This document shows positions 26,375 to 36,239 of a stretch of DNA of 64,000 nt, piece after piece. The translations under genes and the position numbers were made by a program. Position 1 is the first letter of the stretch. Each line of letters opens with the position of its first letter. The stretch covers positions 2,983-66,982 of the forward strand of contig JAJVTK010000019.1 in assembly GCA_021622245.1 (NCBI GenBank). Direction: 5' to 3'. Source of the stretch: Segatella copri (GTDB taxonomy: Bacteria > Bacteroidota > Bacteroidia > Bacteroidales > Bacteroidaceae). The notes beneath the pieces are model-generated. The model searched no databases and was not told the origin of the DNA. It was given only the letters and a program-made list of their open reading frames with translations.

Positions 26375-28957
26375 ATGAGAGATTTTTGGAAACCAATGCC
26401 CGTTAGCGGCAAGCTTATCAGAGAACTTCTTCTTCTCTTCCTGCTGCTTTGGGTTCAGCAGTCTTATGCCCAGCGCATCACCCGACAATATAATAATGTG
26501 TCGTTCTCTGCGGCGTTGAAGGATTTGAATGCCCGCCAGCATAAGTACACCATCAACTTCGTGTATGATGAACTGGAGGATTTCAGGGTGACCAAGAGCA
26601 TCAGAAATCAGAGTGTTCCCGATGCCATCATGCAACTGATAGGATTCTATCCCATCAAGATGACGCAGGTGGAGGATAATATCATGGTAGAGTGTACGCA
26701 GAAGACAACACTTCGTTATAAGGGACGTATTGTAGATGAGAGTGGCAATGCTGCCGAATATGCAAATATAACCTTGTTGTCGCCCATTGATTCCACAATC
26801 GTAGGACATGGTGTGAGTAATGAGAATGGAAGTTTTGTCATTCCTTGTAATTCCCGGAAGGTGTTAGCCCACATCACATACGTTGGTTATAAGACAATCA
26901 GCCGTATATACAGCAATCCGGAAATGGGAATCATCAAATTGCAGCCTGAAACGATGATAATCAAGGGAGTTGTAGTGAAGGGTGAAAGACCTCAGTATAA
27001 AATGTCGCCTGGAGGAGTGGAGGTTGCCGTAGAGCATACCTTGCTTTCTAAGATGGCAAACACTTTTGATGTCCTGAACCTGTTGCCACGTGTCTCTGTT
27101 GATGGACAAAAGATATCCGTGTTTGGAAAAGGCACACCGATTGTCTATATCAACAACAAGCGAGTGAATGACAATAATGAGATTGTAAACATCACTCCCG
27201 ACAATATCAAGTCGATTTCCGTGATTACAAGTCCAGGTTCAGAATATGATGCCGAGGTGGAGTCGGTAATTCGTATCCGTACCAAAGAGCGCCGTGCCAA
27301 TGGGTTCAGTTTACGCGCGGATGCTTTGGGTAAATACAACAAATGGATATCTGATTACGAGCTTATCAACGCCCGGTATCAGACCAGGAAATTCGAGATA
27401 GCCAATAGCTTATGGACGAGGGACTATCATGTTGGTGAGGATAATCATCTGAACACCGATATCAATTTGCCCGACAAACATTATCACAACGACCAGCATT
27501 TTAATTTGGATACCAACAACCGCTTCTTGTCGGAATATCTCTCAGCCGACTATTCGCTCAACGACAGCAATTCCATTGGCGGCTCTTATCGCTACTATGG
27601 CATGTTGAATGGCAGGACGAATAGTGCTAGCCAACAGAATGTATTTCTGAATGGTGTGGCACAGGGTAGCATTGAGCAGAATGAGGTTGCAAAGCCTCAC
27701 CTTAGTTCACATGAGGCAGAAATCTATTATGTGGGAAAGATAGGACAGGTAGGCATCGATTTCAATGGCACATACTATACTGTCAATAATAGACGTAATG
27801 ACGAGAGTATTGAAAGTAGCAAGGAGTTGGGCAATCAGGAGGTACACTCAAGCAATCGTCAGAATAGCGATATGTGGGCAGGCAAGTTGGTTGTGAATAT
27901 TCCTCTGTGGAAAGGAAATGTTTCTTTAGGAACAGAGCTGTCGAAGACCGACTCTCATGGAACGTTCCTGAATGAAGAGCAGTTGGTGCCATCTACAGAG
28001 ACGGATATCCATGAAAGAAATGTTGCTGGCTTTGCACAATATGGACTGTCCCTCAGCAAGTGGACCATTGATCTTGGTGTGCGTTACGAGAATATCATTC
28101 GCGACTATTTCTCTGGTGGAGTCAAGCAGGATGATGTGAGCAGAAGATACAGCAACTTCTTTCCTAACCTCAGCATATCATGGAACAAAGGTAACTGGAA
28201 TTGGCAGTTGAATGTCAACGAGAAAATAAATCGTCCAAGTTATCGACAGTTAGGCAACTTTATGCAGTTTGACAACCGTTTCCTTTATGAAGGCGGAAAT
28301 CCTACCTTGCAACCGGAGAAGGTGTTCAATGTTGAGGCAATGATGACATATAAGTGGCTGAATGTTTCCACAGGGTATAAATATCTGATGGATGTGATAG
28401 AGTGGACCAAGTATATCTATCCTGGAAAGGAATTTGCTTATAGTACGTCGTTGAATTTCGACCATAAGCAGCTGATTTATGCTTCTGTCAATGTTTCGCC
28501 AAAGCTTGGCATCTTCCGTCCTAGGTGGGGATTCTATTATAAACAGCAGTTCTTCGATACCGGGAAGTATGGTGCCAGCAAGGCATTAAGCAGACCTTTG
28601 CTGTTGTGCTTGCTCGACAATAATTTCGCTCTTTCAGAAACCATGAACGCGGCTATCAGCCTGAATGCAGCAACCCCCAATGCAGATGGATTTCTTATGA
28701 TGAAGAGTAATTACAGCGTCGATCTGCGGTTCGACAAGTCGTTTGCCAATCGCACATGGATCATTTATCTTTCTGCAAATGACATCTTCAAGACTACAAA
28801 GGAACGTTGGACGATGTATGGACAGGGTTCGGGTACCACAAAAGACTGCTACAACTACACTCGTAGCATCTCCTTGCAGGTTACGTATAATTTCAATGCC
28901 AAGCGCAGTAAGTATAAGGGTACGGGAGCCGGCAATGAAGAAAAGAGCCGCTTGTAG
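26375..28957 (+). CDS. TonB-dependent-transducer-like barrel with N-terminal STN-like signalling domain
   Basis: QRIT..YNNVSFSAAL..L…YTINFVYD STN-like extension, carboxypeptidase-like domain, plug, barrel, KYKGTGAG tail. Confidence 0.85.
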   Translation: MRDFWKPMPVSGKLIRELLLLFLLLWVQQSYAQRITRQYNNVSFSAALKDLNARQHKYTINFVYDELEDFRVTKSIRNQSVPDAIMQLIGFYPIKMTQVEDNIMVECTQKTTLRYKGRIVDESGNAAEYANITLLSPIDSTIVGHGVSNENGSFVIPCNSRKVLAHITYVGYKTISRIYSNPEMGIIKLQPETMIIKGVVVKGERPQYKMSPGGVEVAVEHTLLSKMANTFDVLNLLPRVSVDGQKISVFGKGTPIVYINNKRVNDNNEIVNITPDNIKSISVITSPGSEYDAEVESVIRIRTKERRANGFSLRADALGKYNKWISDYELINARYQTRKFEIANSLWTRDYHVGEDNHLNTDINLPDKHYHNDQHFNLDTNNRFLSEYLSADYSLNDSNSIGGSYRYYGMLNGRTNSASQQNVFLNGVAQGSIEQNEVAKPHLSSHEAEIYYVGKIGQVGIDFNGTYYTVNNRRNDESIESSKELGNQEVHSSNRQNSDMWAGKLVVNIPLWKGNVSLGTELSKTDSHGTFLNEEQLVPSTETDIHERNVAGFAQYGLSLSKWTIDLGVRYENIIRDYFSGGVKQDDVSRRYSNFFPNLSISWNKGNWNWQLNVNEKINRPSYRQLGNFMQFDNRFLYEGGNPTLQPEKVFNVEAMMTYKWLNVSTGYKYLMDVIEWTKYIYPGKEFAYSTSLNFDHKQLIYASVNVSPKLGIFRPRWGFYYKQQFFDTGKYGASKALSRPLLLCLLDNNFALSETMNAAISLNAATPNADGFLMMKSNYSVDLRFDKSFANRTWIIYLSANDIFKTTKERWTMYGQGSGTTKDCYNYTRSISLQVTYNFNAKRSKYKGTGAGNEEKSRL

Positions 28958-29003
28958 TTTTTGTTAGGAAGAAACTCTCTTAATAAACAATGAATATATG
29001 ACA

Positions 29004-29054
29004 ATCGGTCAAGCGAAGGCAAAACCATATTGGTTTGCTCTTTGCTTGACCGAT
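29004..29054. terminator. Intrinsic terminator hairpin between convergent genes
   Basis: ATCGGTCAAGC…GCTTGACCGAT followed by a T tract. Confidence 0.75.
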
Positions 29055-29058
29055 GTTT

Positions 29059-29406
29059 TTATTTTTCTTCAGTTAGATACTCCTTTATTTGTTGCTCTAA
29101 TATCGGAAGGTCGTTTGTAATCACATCCCAAACAACGTTGTTATCAACTTGGAAATATTCATGAACGATATAGTTCCTCATGCCGTTCACTTGTTTCCAA
29201 GGAGTCTTAGGATGTGCTTGTCGAAATTCTTCGGTTAGCATATTCGATGCTTCTCCAAGAATTTCTATGTTCTTGACTACTGCGTAATACATCATGTCGT
29301 CTGCGATAAAATCCTCAAAGTTTTTACCTTTTGTATATCGGCAGATTCTTTCTATCGCCTGGAGCATGTGCTCTAAGCGGTTTTTATCTCTACTTCGTTC
29401 TCTCAT
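29059..29406 (-). CDS. HEPN (DUF86) ribonuclease toxin, HepT-like
   Basis: RNYIVHEY = RX4HXY motif; overlaps the upstream nucleotidyltransferase. Confidence 0.9.
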   Translation of the reverse strand: MRERSRDKNRLEHMLQAIERICRYTKGKNFEDFIADDMMYYAVVKNIEILGEASNMLTEEFRQAHPKTPWKQVNGMRNYIVHEYFQVDNNVVWDVITNDLPILEQQIKEYLTEEK

Positions 29407-29686
29407 AAACTAAGATTTTATCACGTTCTACTGATTCCTGTGCAAAAGGGAGTAAGGTTCCTTCTGATACCAAATCAACTTTTCTACCTAAGAGTTCTTC
29501 CAAATCACTCCACATGCCGAAGAATTTTAAACCAATAGGTTTGCTCTTGTCCAAAGAAACCATAATGTCGACATCGCTATCCTTCGTTTCTTCCCCTCTG
29601 GAGAAAGAACCGAACAGCCAGGCTTTCAGTACGGGTTGGGTGCTGAAATAATGGCGTAAAGCTTCTATGATGGCTCGTTTACCCAT
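29390..29686 (-). CDS. Minimal nucleotidyltransferase antitoxin, MntA-like
   Basis: LFGSFSRGEETKDSDVDI (GSX10DXD), LEELLGRKVDLV. ATG 29686 lies downstream of the TATCTTTG box at 29719-29712. Confidence 0.9.
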   Translation of the reverse strand: MGKRAIIEALRHYFSTQPVLKAWLFGSFSRGEETKDSDVDIMVSLDKSKPIGLKFFGMWSDLEELLGRKVDLVSEGTLLPFAQESVERDKILVYERTK

Positions 29687-29867
29687 AATATAATGATGTT
29701 GTTTCTTGGTGCAAAGATACACTTTTTATTCGAAAGAGCAAGCTTTTTTCTAGTTTTTTATTACCTTTGCATCGGTTTTTCCAAAGGAAGTAGAAGATTT
29801 CTTCATTTTAGGGGTAATTGATTTCAGGAAAGCTTGTATATAAGAGTAGAAACAAGAAGAAAATGAC

Positions 29868-30359
29868 GTGATGACAGAAGAAAATGAACAGCGGATGGAA
29901 CGGCTGTTCCACGACCATTACGAGCAGATGTATCGCTTCGCCTTTGCCTTGCTCCATGATAATGAGGAGGCGAGGGATGTGGTGAGTGATGTGTTCTCCA
30001 GATTGTGGGATAAACAGCTGGTTCCAGACCGGGCTTACCTGATGCGGAGCGTGAAGAATGCCTGCATCAATCTTATAGCCAGAAAGAAGAGAGATGAAAG
30101 ACTGAAACGGCTTCTCCCTCTCTCGGAAGAGAAATTGACGGAGGAAGAACCTTGTCGTCTGGAAGAGCGATGGCAGGCTGCCGTGGATTGCATCGACCAT
30201 GACCTGACCGACCAGACTGCTTCCGTCATCCGATTGTGCTATCGGGAAGGAATGTCGTATAAGGATACGGCGGAGGAGCTGGGCATCAGCGTCTCGGCAG
30301 TGAACAAGCATATCGTAAAAGGTTTGCGAACGCTCAGAGAAAAGTTGAAAGGAAAATAA
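29868..30359 (+). CDS. ECF sigma factor (paralogue of 25174)
   Basis: LFHDHY..MY…ARDVVSDVF, YLMRSVKNACIN, MSYKDTAEELGISVSAVNKHI. Confidence 0.92.
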   Translation: MMTEENEQRMERLFHDHYEQMYRFAFALLHDNEEARDVVSDVFSRLWDKQLVPDRAYLMRSVKNACINLIARKKRDERLKRLLPLSEEKLTEEEPCRLEERWQAAVDCIDHDLTDQTASVIRLCYREGMSYKDTAEELGISVSAVNKHIVKGLRTLREKLKGK

Positions 30360-30388
30360 TAACCCTAAAATGAAGAAAGGAAAAGAAA

Positions 30389-31153
30389 ATGAAACATGAA
30401 TTATCTGACATAAATCCTCAGAAGATGGATTCTCAGAAATGGGATTTGCTCCTCGATCTCCTGGAGCATCCCGAAAAGTATTCCGAAACCGAGAAGGATG
30501 AACTTCTGGGCGATGAGGAAGTGGATGAACTCTATCAGCAGCTGATAGAGACCCGACAGTCTCTGAATTTCGCCAAGTCGAAGGAAGAGATGAAGATGCC
30601 TTCTATTGATGCAGAATGGGAGAAGCTGAAAGACGAGATGAAGCTGAAAGAAGAAAAGCAGCAGAAAGAAGAGATGAGTCAGAGTGCAGAAACCCAGCAA
30701 ACCGCCAAGTTGTTTCCTCTCTGGAGCCCGATGAGAAAGGTGGCTGCCGTTGCAGCCGTCCTTGTCGTCTCCGGCATCACCTTTGCTGCTATTCATCTGG
30801 TAATCCGTTCTCATCAGCCATCTGATAAGAACAATACCGAACTCGTGGCATCCCATAAGGATTCTATCCAGCAGGTTTCTGCTCCTCAGAAATCCAACAT
30901 AGAAGAAAAGACAGATTCTGCAAGTCTTGCCCAGCTCCCATTGGTTTATGAAAACGCTGAGCTTCAGAATATCCTGACTCCTATAGCCGGGCATTTCCAT
31001 CTCCAGGTAACTTATCAGAACGAGTCGGCTCGCCACATCCGTCTCTTCCTGCAACTGGAGAAGAACATGAGTCTGGATGATATCATCGAACTGATGAATC
31101 ATTTCGAGAAAGTGAATATTCGTCATGAAGGTCAAACTTTAATCGTGGAATAA
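30389..31153 (+). CDS. Putative anti-sigma factor (single TM, FecR_C/DUF4974-like)
   Basis: Shares EHPEKY, ID.EW, TM and YENAEL..IL…HIRLF motifs with 25650..26357. Confidence 0.8.
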   Translation: MKHELSDINPQKMDSQKWDLLLDLLEHPEKYSETEKDELLGDEEVDELYQQLIETRQSLNFAKSKEEMKMPSIDAEWEKLKDEMKLKEEKQQKEEMSQSAETQQTAKLFPLWSPMRKVAAVAAVLVVSGITFAAIHLVIRSHQPSDKNNTELVASHKDSIQQVSAPQKSNIEEKTDSASLAQLPLVYENAELQNILTPIAGHFHLQVTYQNESARHIRLFLQLEKNMSLDDIIELMNHFEKVNIRHEGQTLIVE

Positions 31154-31154
31154 G

Positions 31155-33725
31155 ATGAAAAAATTAAGATATATTATGCTGTTGGCAGGTTTGATGAGCC
31201 TTTCTCTTCAGACCATCTATGCTCAACGCATCACCCGCAGCTTCCGTAACACTTCTATGTCAGAAGCGCTCACCATCCTTGCCAAGAGCACCAAGGATTA
31301 CCATATCAACTTTATGTATGATGAACTGGAGGATTTCACGGTTACCACGAGTATCGTGAAGCGAACAGCTCCGGATGCCATCCGCCAGATTATGGGTTTC
31401 TATCCGATGAAGATGACGATAGATGGCGAAAACATCTTTGTGGAGTGTACGCAGAAGACTCCCACCAAGATGATAGGTCGCATTGTAGATGCGCATCATC
31501 GCCCTGTAGATTTCGCCAATGTAGCCCTGCTGAATGTTCGTGACTCTTCATTGATTAATGGTGGCGTGACGAATGAGAACGGCCAGTTCGTGATTCCCTG
31601 CGGAGCCAGAAAGGCGATAGTAAGAGTAAGTTGCGTGGGCTATCATACCGCTGTTGATACTTATAATACAGGTAAGATAGGTTCAATTACTCTGAAGGAG
31701 GAAACGATGAACCTGCAGAAGGTGATAGTAAAGGCGGTTCGCCCAAAGACAAAACTGACTCGCGAGGGATTCCAGACCCAGGTGCAGGGTACAATACTGA
31801 GTGATGCGGGTATGGTTGCCGACTTGTTGAAGCAGGTTCCAAGAGTGCGTGTAGATAAGGATGGAAACTGTTCGGTGTTTGGAAAAGGCACACCGGAGAT
31901 TTATGTCAATGGCAGAAAGCTGACCGACCAAAATGAATTGCAAACCATATCTTCCAAGGATGTGAAGAATGTGACGGTTATCACGACTCCTGGTGCGCAG
32001 TATGATGCCCAGGTCAATTCGGTGATTCGTATAACCACGGTCAAGAAGCAAGGTTATGGATGGAGTGGTAATTTCCAGGCAAAATATGGTTTTGCCATGA
32101 AGAATGCCTGGCAAGAGCAGGCTAATCTCAATTACCGTGTGGGTGGACTGGATGTGTTCGGTGGACTGATGTGGTCAGATTACTATTCTTATGATAAGTT
32201 GGGATTGGATGAATATATCAATGGCAATCAGCATCAGATATATCAAAAATCTGCAGGGCGCATAGATGCTAGAAATTATGGACCTGATGCCAATCTGGGT
32301 TTCAATTATGAATTCAATGAAAATCATACCATCGGTCTGAAGTATAAGTTTGGTTCTGGCAATACTAAGTATTTTACTGTTAGGCAGAACTATTCCATCT
32401 TTCAGGATGGAGTTCACCAGGGAGATGTAAATTATCTCAACGATGAGTCAGATTCCAAGCAGACTCCTTTTTATCAGGCTGACTTTTATTATGATGGTAA
32501 GATAGGCAAGTGGAGTATAGACCTGAATGCATCAGCGTTGTGGAGGACGAAAGACCAGATACAGAAAGCCACAGAAAACAGTACAGAGTTGGGCGACCAG
32601 ATTGTATGTTCAGATAGTCATACCAAAGGAAAGTTGCTTGCTGGTAAATTGGTTGTTTCTTATCCTTTGACCGACCAGTTGAACATAGACTTTGGTTCGG
32701 AATACACAAATTCTGATAGTCATACCAACAACCAGAACGAGGGTGGTGTGGCAGCATCCAATGATTCCAGAATCAAGGAACAGAACATAGCTGCTTTTGC
32801 TGAGGCTGCATGGTCGTTGGGAGATTATTCCCTGAATGCCGGTGTGAGATATGAGCATGTAAAATCAGACTATTATGCCGAAGGAGTGCTCAATCCGGAT
32901 ATGAGCAGAAAGTATGATAATGTATTTCCTAATGTATCCTTGGGATATGACAAGGGCAAGTGGCATTCTTCGTTGAGTTTCACGGCGAAGACCTATCGAC
33001 CAAGTTACTTCCGTCTTTCCGGTTATACCCGATATACGAGTCGTCATTCCTATGAAAGCGGTAATCCGAACTTGCGACCAAAGGATGCCTATCATCTGGA
33101 ATGGGATGCGCAATATTCCTGGCTGAGTTTCTCTGCTGAATATATCTACAACAAGAATGCTTCGGTATATATGATGAAGCCATTCCAGGGCAATAAGGAT
33201 ATAGCTCTGTCATATTACGAGAATGTAGATAAGATTCAGAACCTGAAGTTCTATCTTGAGGCTACTCCGGTGATAGGCTTATGGCATCTTGACTATACGG
33301 TAGGTCTGGTCAATCAGTTCTTTGATGCCAGCAAATACGTCAGCGACTATAATGCCAACCGTCCTTCTCTCTATCTGGATTTGGAGAATACCTGGGTATT
33401 GCCACATCATTGGAAGGCTAGATTAGAATACTCTTACCAGTCGCGTAATTATAGCGAATTGGGTGTCAACTATGCATGGAATTCCCTGGATGCGTCTATT
33501 TCCAAGTCGTTCCTGAACAACCGACTGGTTGTAAGATTGGAAGCAGAGGATTTGCTTCATGGTCAGAACGAGAGTTGGCAATATCATAATTCGTATGCGC
33601 ACTTCACCAGAACCGGTATAGATAATACCCGCATGTTCTTGGTCAATGTAACTTATAACTTCAATGCCACCAAGAGCAAGTATAAGGGTACGGGTGCCGG
33701 TAATGCAGAAAAGAGCAGATTATAG
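31155..33725 (+). CDS. TonB-dependent-transducer-like barrel with N-terminal STN-like domain
   Basis: Same architecture as 26375..28957 (QRITR…INFMYDELEDF.VT.SI…PDAI.Q..GFYP; KYKGTGAGNAEKSRL). Confidence 0.85.
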   Translation: MKKLRYIMLLAGLMSLSLQTIYAQRITRSFRNTSMSEALTILAKSTKDYHINFMYDELEDFTVTTSIVKRTAPDAIRQIMGFYPMKMTIDGENIFVECTQKTPTKMIGRIVDAHHRPVDFANVALLNVRDSSLINGGVTNENGQFVIPCGARKAIVRVSCVGYHTAVDTYNTGKIGSITLKEETMNLQKVIVKAVRPKTKLTREGFQTQVQGTILSDAGMVADLLKQVPRVRVDKDGNCSVFGKGTPEIYVNGRKLTDQNELQTISSKDVKNVTVITTPGAQYDAQVNSVIRITTVKKQGYGWSGNFQAKYGFAMKNAWQEQANLNYRVGGLDVFGGLMWSDYYSYDKLGLDEYINGNQHQIYQKSAGRIDARNYGPDANLGFNYEFNENHTIGLKYKFGSGNTKYFTVRQNYSIFQDGVHQGDVNYLNDESDSKQTPFYQADFYYDGKIGKWSIDLNASALWRTKDQIQKATENSTELGDQIVCSDSHTKGKLLAGKLVVSYPLTDQLNIDFGSEYTNSDSHTNNQNEGGVAASNDSRIKEQNIAAFAEAAWSLGDYSLNAGVRYEHVKSDYYAEGVLNPDMSRKYDNVFPNVSLGYDKGKWHSSLSFTAKTYRPSYFRLSGYTRYTSRHSYESGNPNLRPKDAYHLEWDAQYSWLSFSAEYIYNKNASVYMMKPFQGNKDIALSYYENVDKIQNLKFYLEATPVIGLWHLDYTVGLVNQFFDASKYVSDYNANRPSLYLDLENTWVLPHHWKARLEYSYQSRNYSELGVNYAWNSLDASISKSFLNNRLVVRLEAEDLLHGQNESWQYHNSYAHFTRTGIDNTRMFLVNVTYNFNATKSKYKGTGAGNAEKSRL

Positions 33726-33736
33726 CTCATTTTTAA

Positions 33737-33853
33737 AACACGGACAAATTGAATTTGTCCGGACAAATTGTCCGGTTGAATCTAAGTAGTTGATATTTAG
33801 AATATTATAAACCGACGGACAAAGAGGCCGGACAAATTCAATTTGTCCGTGTT
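33737..33853. repeat. Nested inverted-repeat element (perfect 26-bp arms) around an IHF-consensus site
   Basis: AACACGGACAAATTGAATTTGTCCGG (33737-33762) and its exact reverse complement (33828-33853); TATCAACTACTTA on the minus strand at 33795-33783. Confidence 0.85.
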
Positions 33854-33900
33854 GTTTTTTTCAGTGGTTTTGGAGTCAAAATCAGGCTTTTTTAGCTTTT

Positions 33901-33980
33901 CTCTCTATAGCTTTCTTCTCGTAACCCTATGCTTTTCTCCCCGTAACTCTATGACTTTTGGATGTTAACTCTATGAGTTA
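33901..33980. repeat. 22-bp-period degenerate palindrome array (TAACTCTATGAGTTA-like)
   Basis: CTAT cores at 33905, 33927, 33949 and 33971; the last unit is TAACTC-TAT-GAGTTA. Confidence 0.7.
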
Positions 33981-34136
33981 GGTTTTTTAAGAGATGATGT
34001 ATAACAAAAAACGGGAATACATTCAGGCTAGGAGGGATGAAGAACTGGAAGGAATTGGTAATTTGATGCAGTTATACAAATTTAACGGAAGAGATGTAAT
34101 GGCTTTGGATAATAATGTGTACTTTTGTACTAGATA

Positions 34137-36209
34137 ATGATGAAATTAAAACATATTGTAAGAATGAAGAGGGTTTTTTGCTCTTTTGGACTGCTGATGG
34201 CTGCTGTGCCCGTGTTCGCTCAGAACACCGGGAAGGACTCTATTGTCTCTACTAAAGCTTTGGATGATGTGGTGGTATCAGCCTCCAATATCAGTCGTGT
34301 GGGTGATCATCTCGTCATCTATCCCAACAGCCAGCAACGAAAACATGCGGTCAATGGATTCGGGGTGTTGGAAAACCTGAATATCCCAGGACTCATCATC
34401 GACGCGAAGTCGAATCAGGTGGATGTGATGGGACTGCAAGCCACCTTGTATCTGAATGGGCAGGAATGCGACATAAGGGAAATACAGATGCTCCGTCCTC
34501 GTGACATCGAGAAGATAGAATATCATGATGCTCCATCGGGAAAATACGCCAAGGATAAGCTTGTCGTCAACTTCATCACCAAACAATACCGATATGGAGG
34601 ATATGTGCAGGCTGACGGACTGCAGACGATAGGATATGACCATGGCGACTATAACGTTGCCACCAATTATGTAAAAGGTAACAATTCCTATACTGTGTTT
34701 GCTGGTGCAAACTATAGTCATGTGGATGGTATTGAGACCTGGAACAATGAGAACTATCAGTTTCCGCAATCCCTATTTGATAGGGAGAGCTATAGTAAGA
34801 ATTCTTACCGGAATCATCAGGAATATATGCAGTTCCGCTATCAGAACCAGAAGGGAAAGAGATATTGGGTGGGCAAGTTTACGCTCCTCAACCTCTCTAC
34901 TCCAAGAAATGTATCTTCTGGTTTTGCGAAGGAAAGCGCAGAGACGGATGTATTCTCAAATATCCGGAAGAAGAGTCTGTCTCCTAAAATTGACCTGAAC
35001 GCCAACTTGCCATTAAGCAAGAATCAGACGCTTATCTTGGGAGTACATGGCAAGTATTCTGCCAACTCCTATCACCGCCTTTACCAGGAGCAGCCTTTCG
35101 AGACAATGACCGATGAAGACGAGAAAGCGCTGTCGTTCCAGCTGTCTGCCATCTATAATTATTTCTCTCAAAAGCATTCCTTATCTGTGGAACTGTTTCA
35201 TTACCACGATGTCTGGAATGCCGATTATTCCGGCAATTGCGAACTTTGGCAGCATCTGTGGAAAGGGGAGTCGTTGGCTTTCTTCTCCTATAATTTTCAG
35301 GCTAGCAGGCGCTTGAGTCTGAAAACCCGCATCGGATTGGATTGGCTTCAATATCATCTGCATGGAGACAACAGTTTTAGCCAGCTGTCTCCTCGCATCA
35401 ATACGAATGTGCAATACCAGCTGAATAAGGGAATGCTCTTGTGGTCATTCAACTTTGTGAACTCCAATCATGGTATGGATGTCATCAACCGGGCTATGAT
35501 TCAGATCAATTCCCACATGATGGAAAAGGGAATGCCCGAATTGAAGAAATCACATGACATCAACACCTATTTATATTATATGGGGCGTTTCAACAGGTTG
35601 AGTGTTTCTGCCATCGGACAATTCCGTTACAATCATCATCCTGTAACTGATGATTATTACCTGGATGAGGCAAACAGGAAAATAGTGAAGACTTACTCGA
35701 ACGGTGGAAATGCTCAATATTATTCTGCTATCCTCGCCTTGCAGTACAAACTGTGTAAGTTTGCCAATTTGTCGGGAGATATCAGATATAACCATGCGGA
35801 GGTGAAGACTATCTGGTCGAAGCATAACAACAATTTGACGGGTAATCTTGGGTTGAATATGTTCATGGGTGATTTTGCCTTGAAGCCTTACTTGCATTTT
35901 GGCAAGAAGTCTTTAGATGAAGCTGCTTTGGTGATAAGCAAGACTCCTATCGACTATGGAATGTCGTGTTCTTACAGCAGGGGCAACCTCTATGTAGAAC
36001 TTCAGGCAGTATCGCCTTTCAAAAAGCAGGAGAAGCGATATTGGCTGGATTTGCCTATCTACAGCTACAGTAAGAGCATCAAAGACCAGACGGCTTCGCA
36101 ATATGCCAGCATCAAGGTAGCTTACTCCTTCGACTTTGGCAGGAAGACCCAAAAAGTAGAGAAGGATGTTAATAAGAATATAAACAGCTCTTTGTTAAGA
36201 GTGGAATAG
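34137..36209 (+). CDS. TonB-dependent-receptor-like outer-membrane beta-barrel protein
   Basis: Signal peptide, LDDVVV, YLNG…IEKIEYHDAPSGKY plug, barrel strands; similar in type to 20098..22203. Confidence 0.8.
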   Translation: MMKLKHIVRMKRVFCSFGLLMAAVPVFAQNTGKDSIVSTKALDDVVVSASNISRVGDHLVIYPNSQQRKHAVNGFGVLENLNIPGLIIDAKSNQVDVMGLQATLYLNGQECDIREIQMLRPRDIEKIEYHDAPSGKYAKDKLVVNFITKQYRYGGYVQADGLQTIGYDHGDYNVATNYVKGNNSYTVFAGANYSHVDGIETWNNENYQFPQSLFDRESYSKNSYRNHQEYMQFRYQNQKGKRYWVGKFTLLNLSTPRNVSSGFAKESAETDVFSNIRKKSLSPKIDLNANLPLSKNQTLILGVHGKYSANSYHRLYQEQPFETMTDEDEKALSFQLSAIYNYFSQKHSLSVELFHYHDVWNADYSGNCELWQHLWKGESLAFFSYNFQASRRLSLKTRIGLDWLQYHLHGDNSFSQLSPRINTNVQYQLNKGMLLWSFNFVNSNHGMDVINRAMIQINSHMMEKGMPELKKSHDINTYLYYMGRFNRLSVSAIGQFRYNHHPVTDDYYLDEANRKIVKTYSNGGNAQYYSAILALQYKLCKFANLSGDIRYNHAEVKTIWSKHNNNLTGNLGLNMFMGDFALKPYLHFGKKSLDEAALVISKTPIDYGMSCSYSRGNLYVELQAVSPFKKQEKRYWLDLPIYSYSKSIKDQTASQYASIKVAYSFDFGRKTQKVEKDVNKNINSSLLRVE

Positions 36210-36239
36210 AGTTTTATAAAACAAAAGATATAGGAACGG

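Noticed and set aside
33737..33853. Invertible promoter between the inverted repeats
   Set aside because: No TAnnTTTG box seen inside the segment and no recombinase in the window; it cannot be fully excluded without reads.
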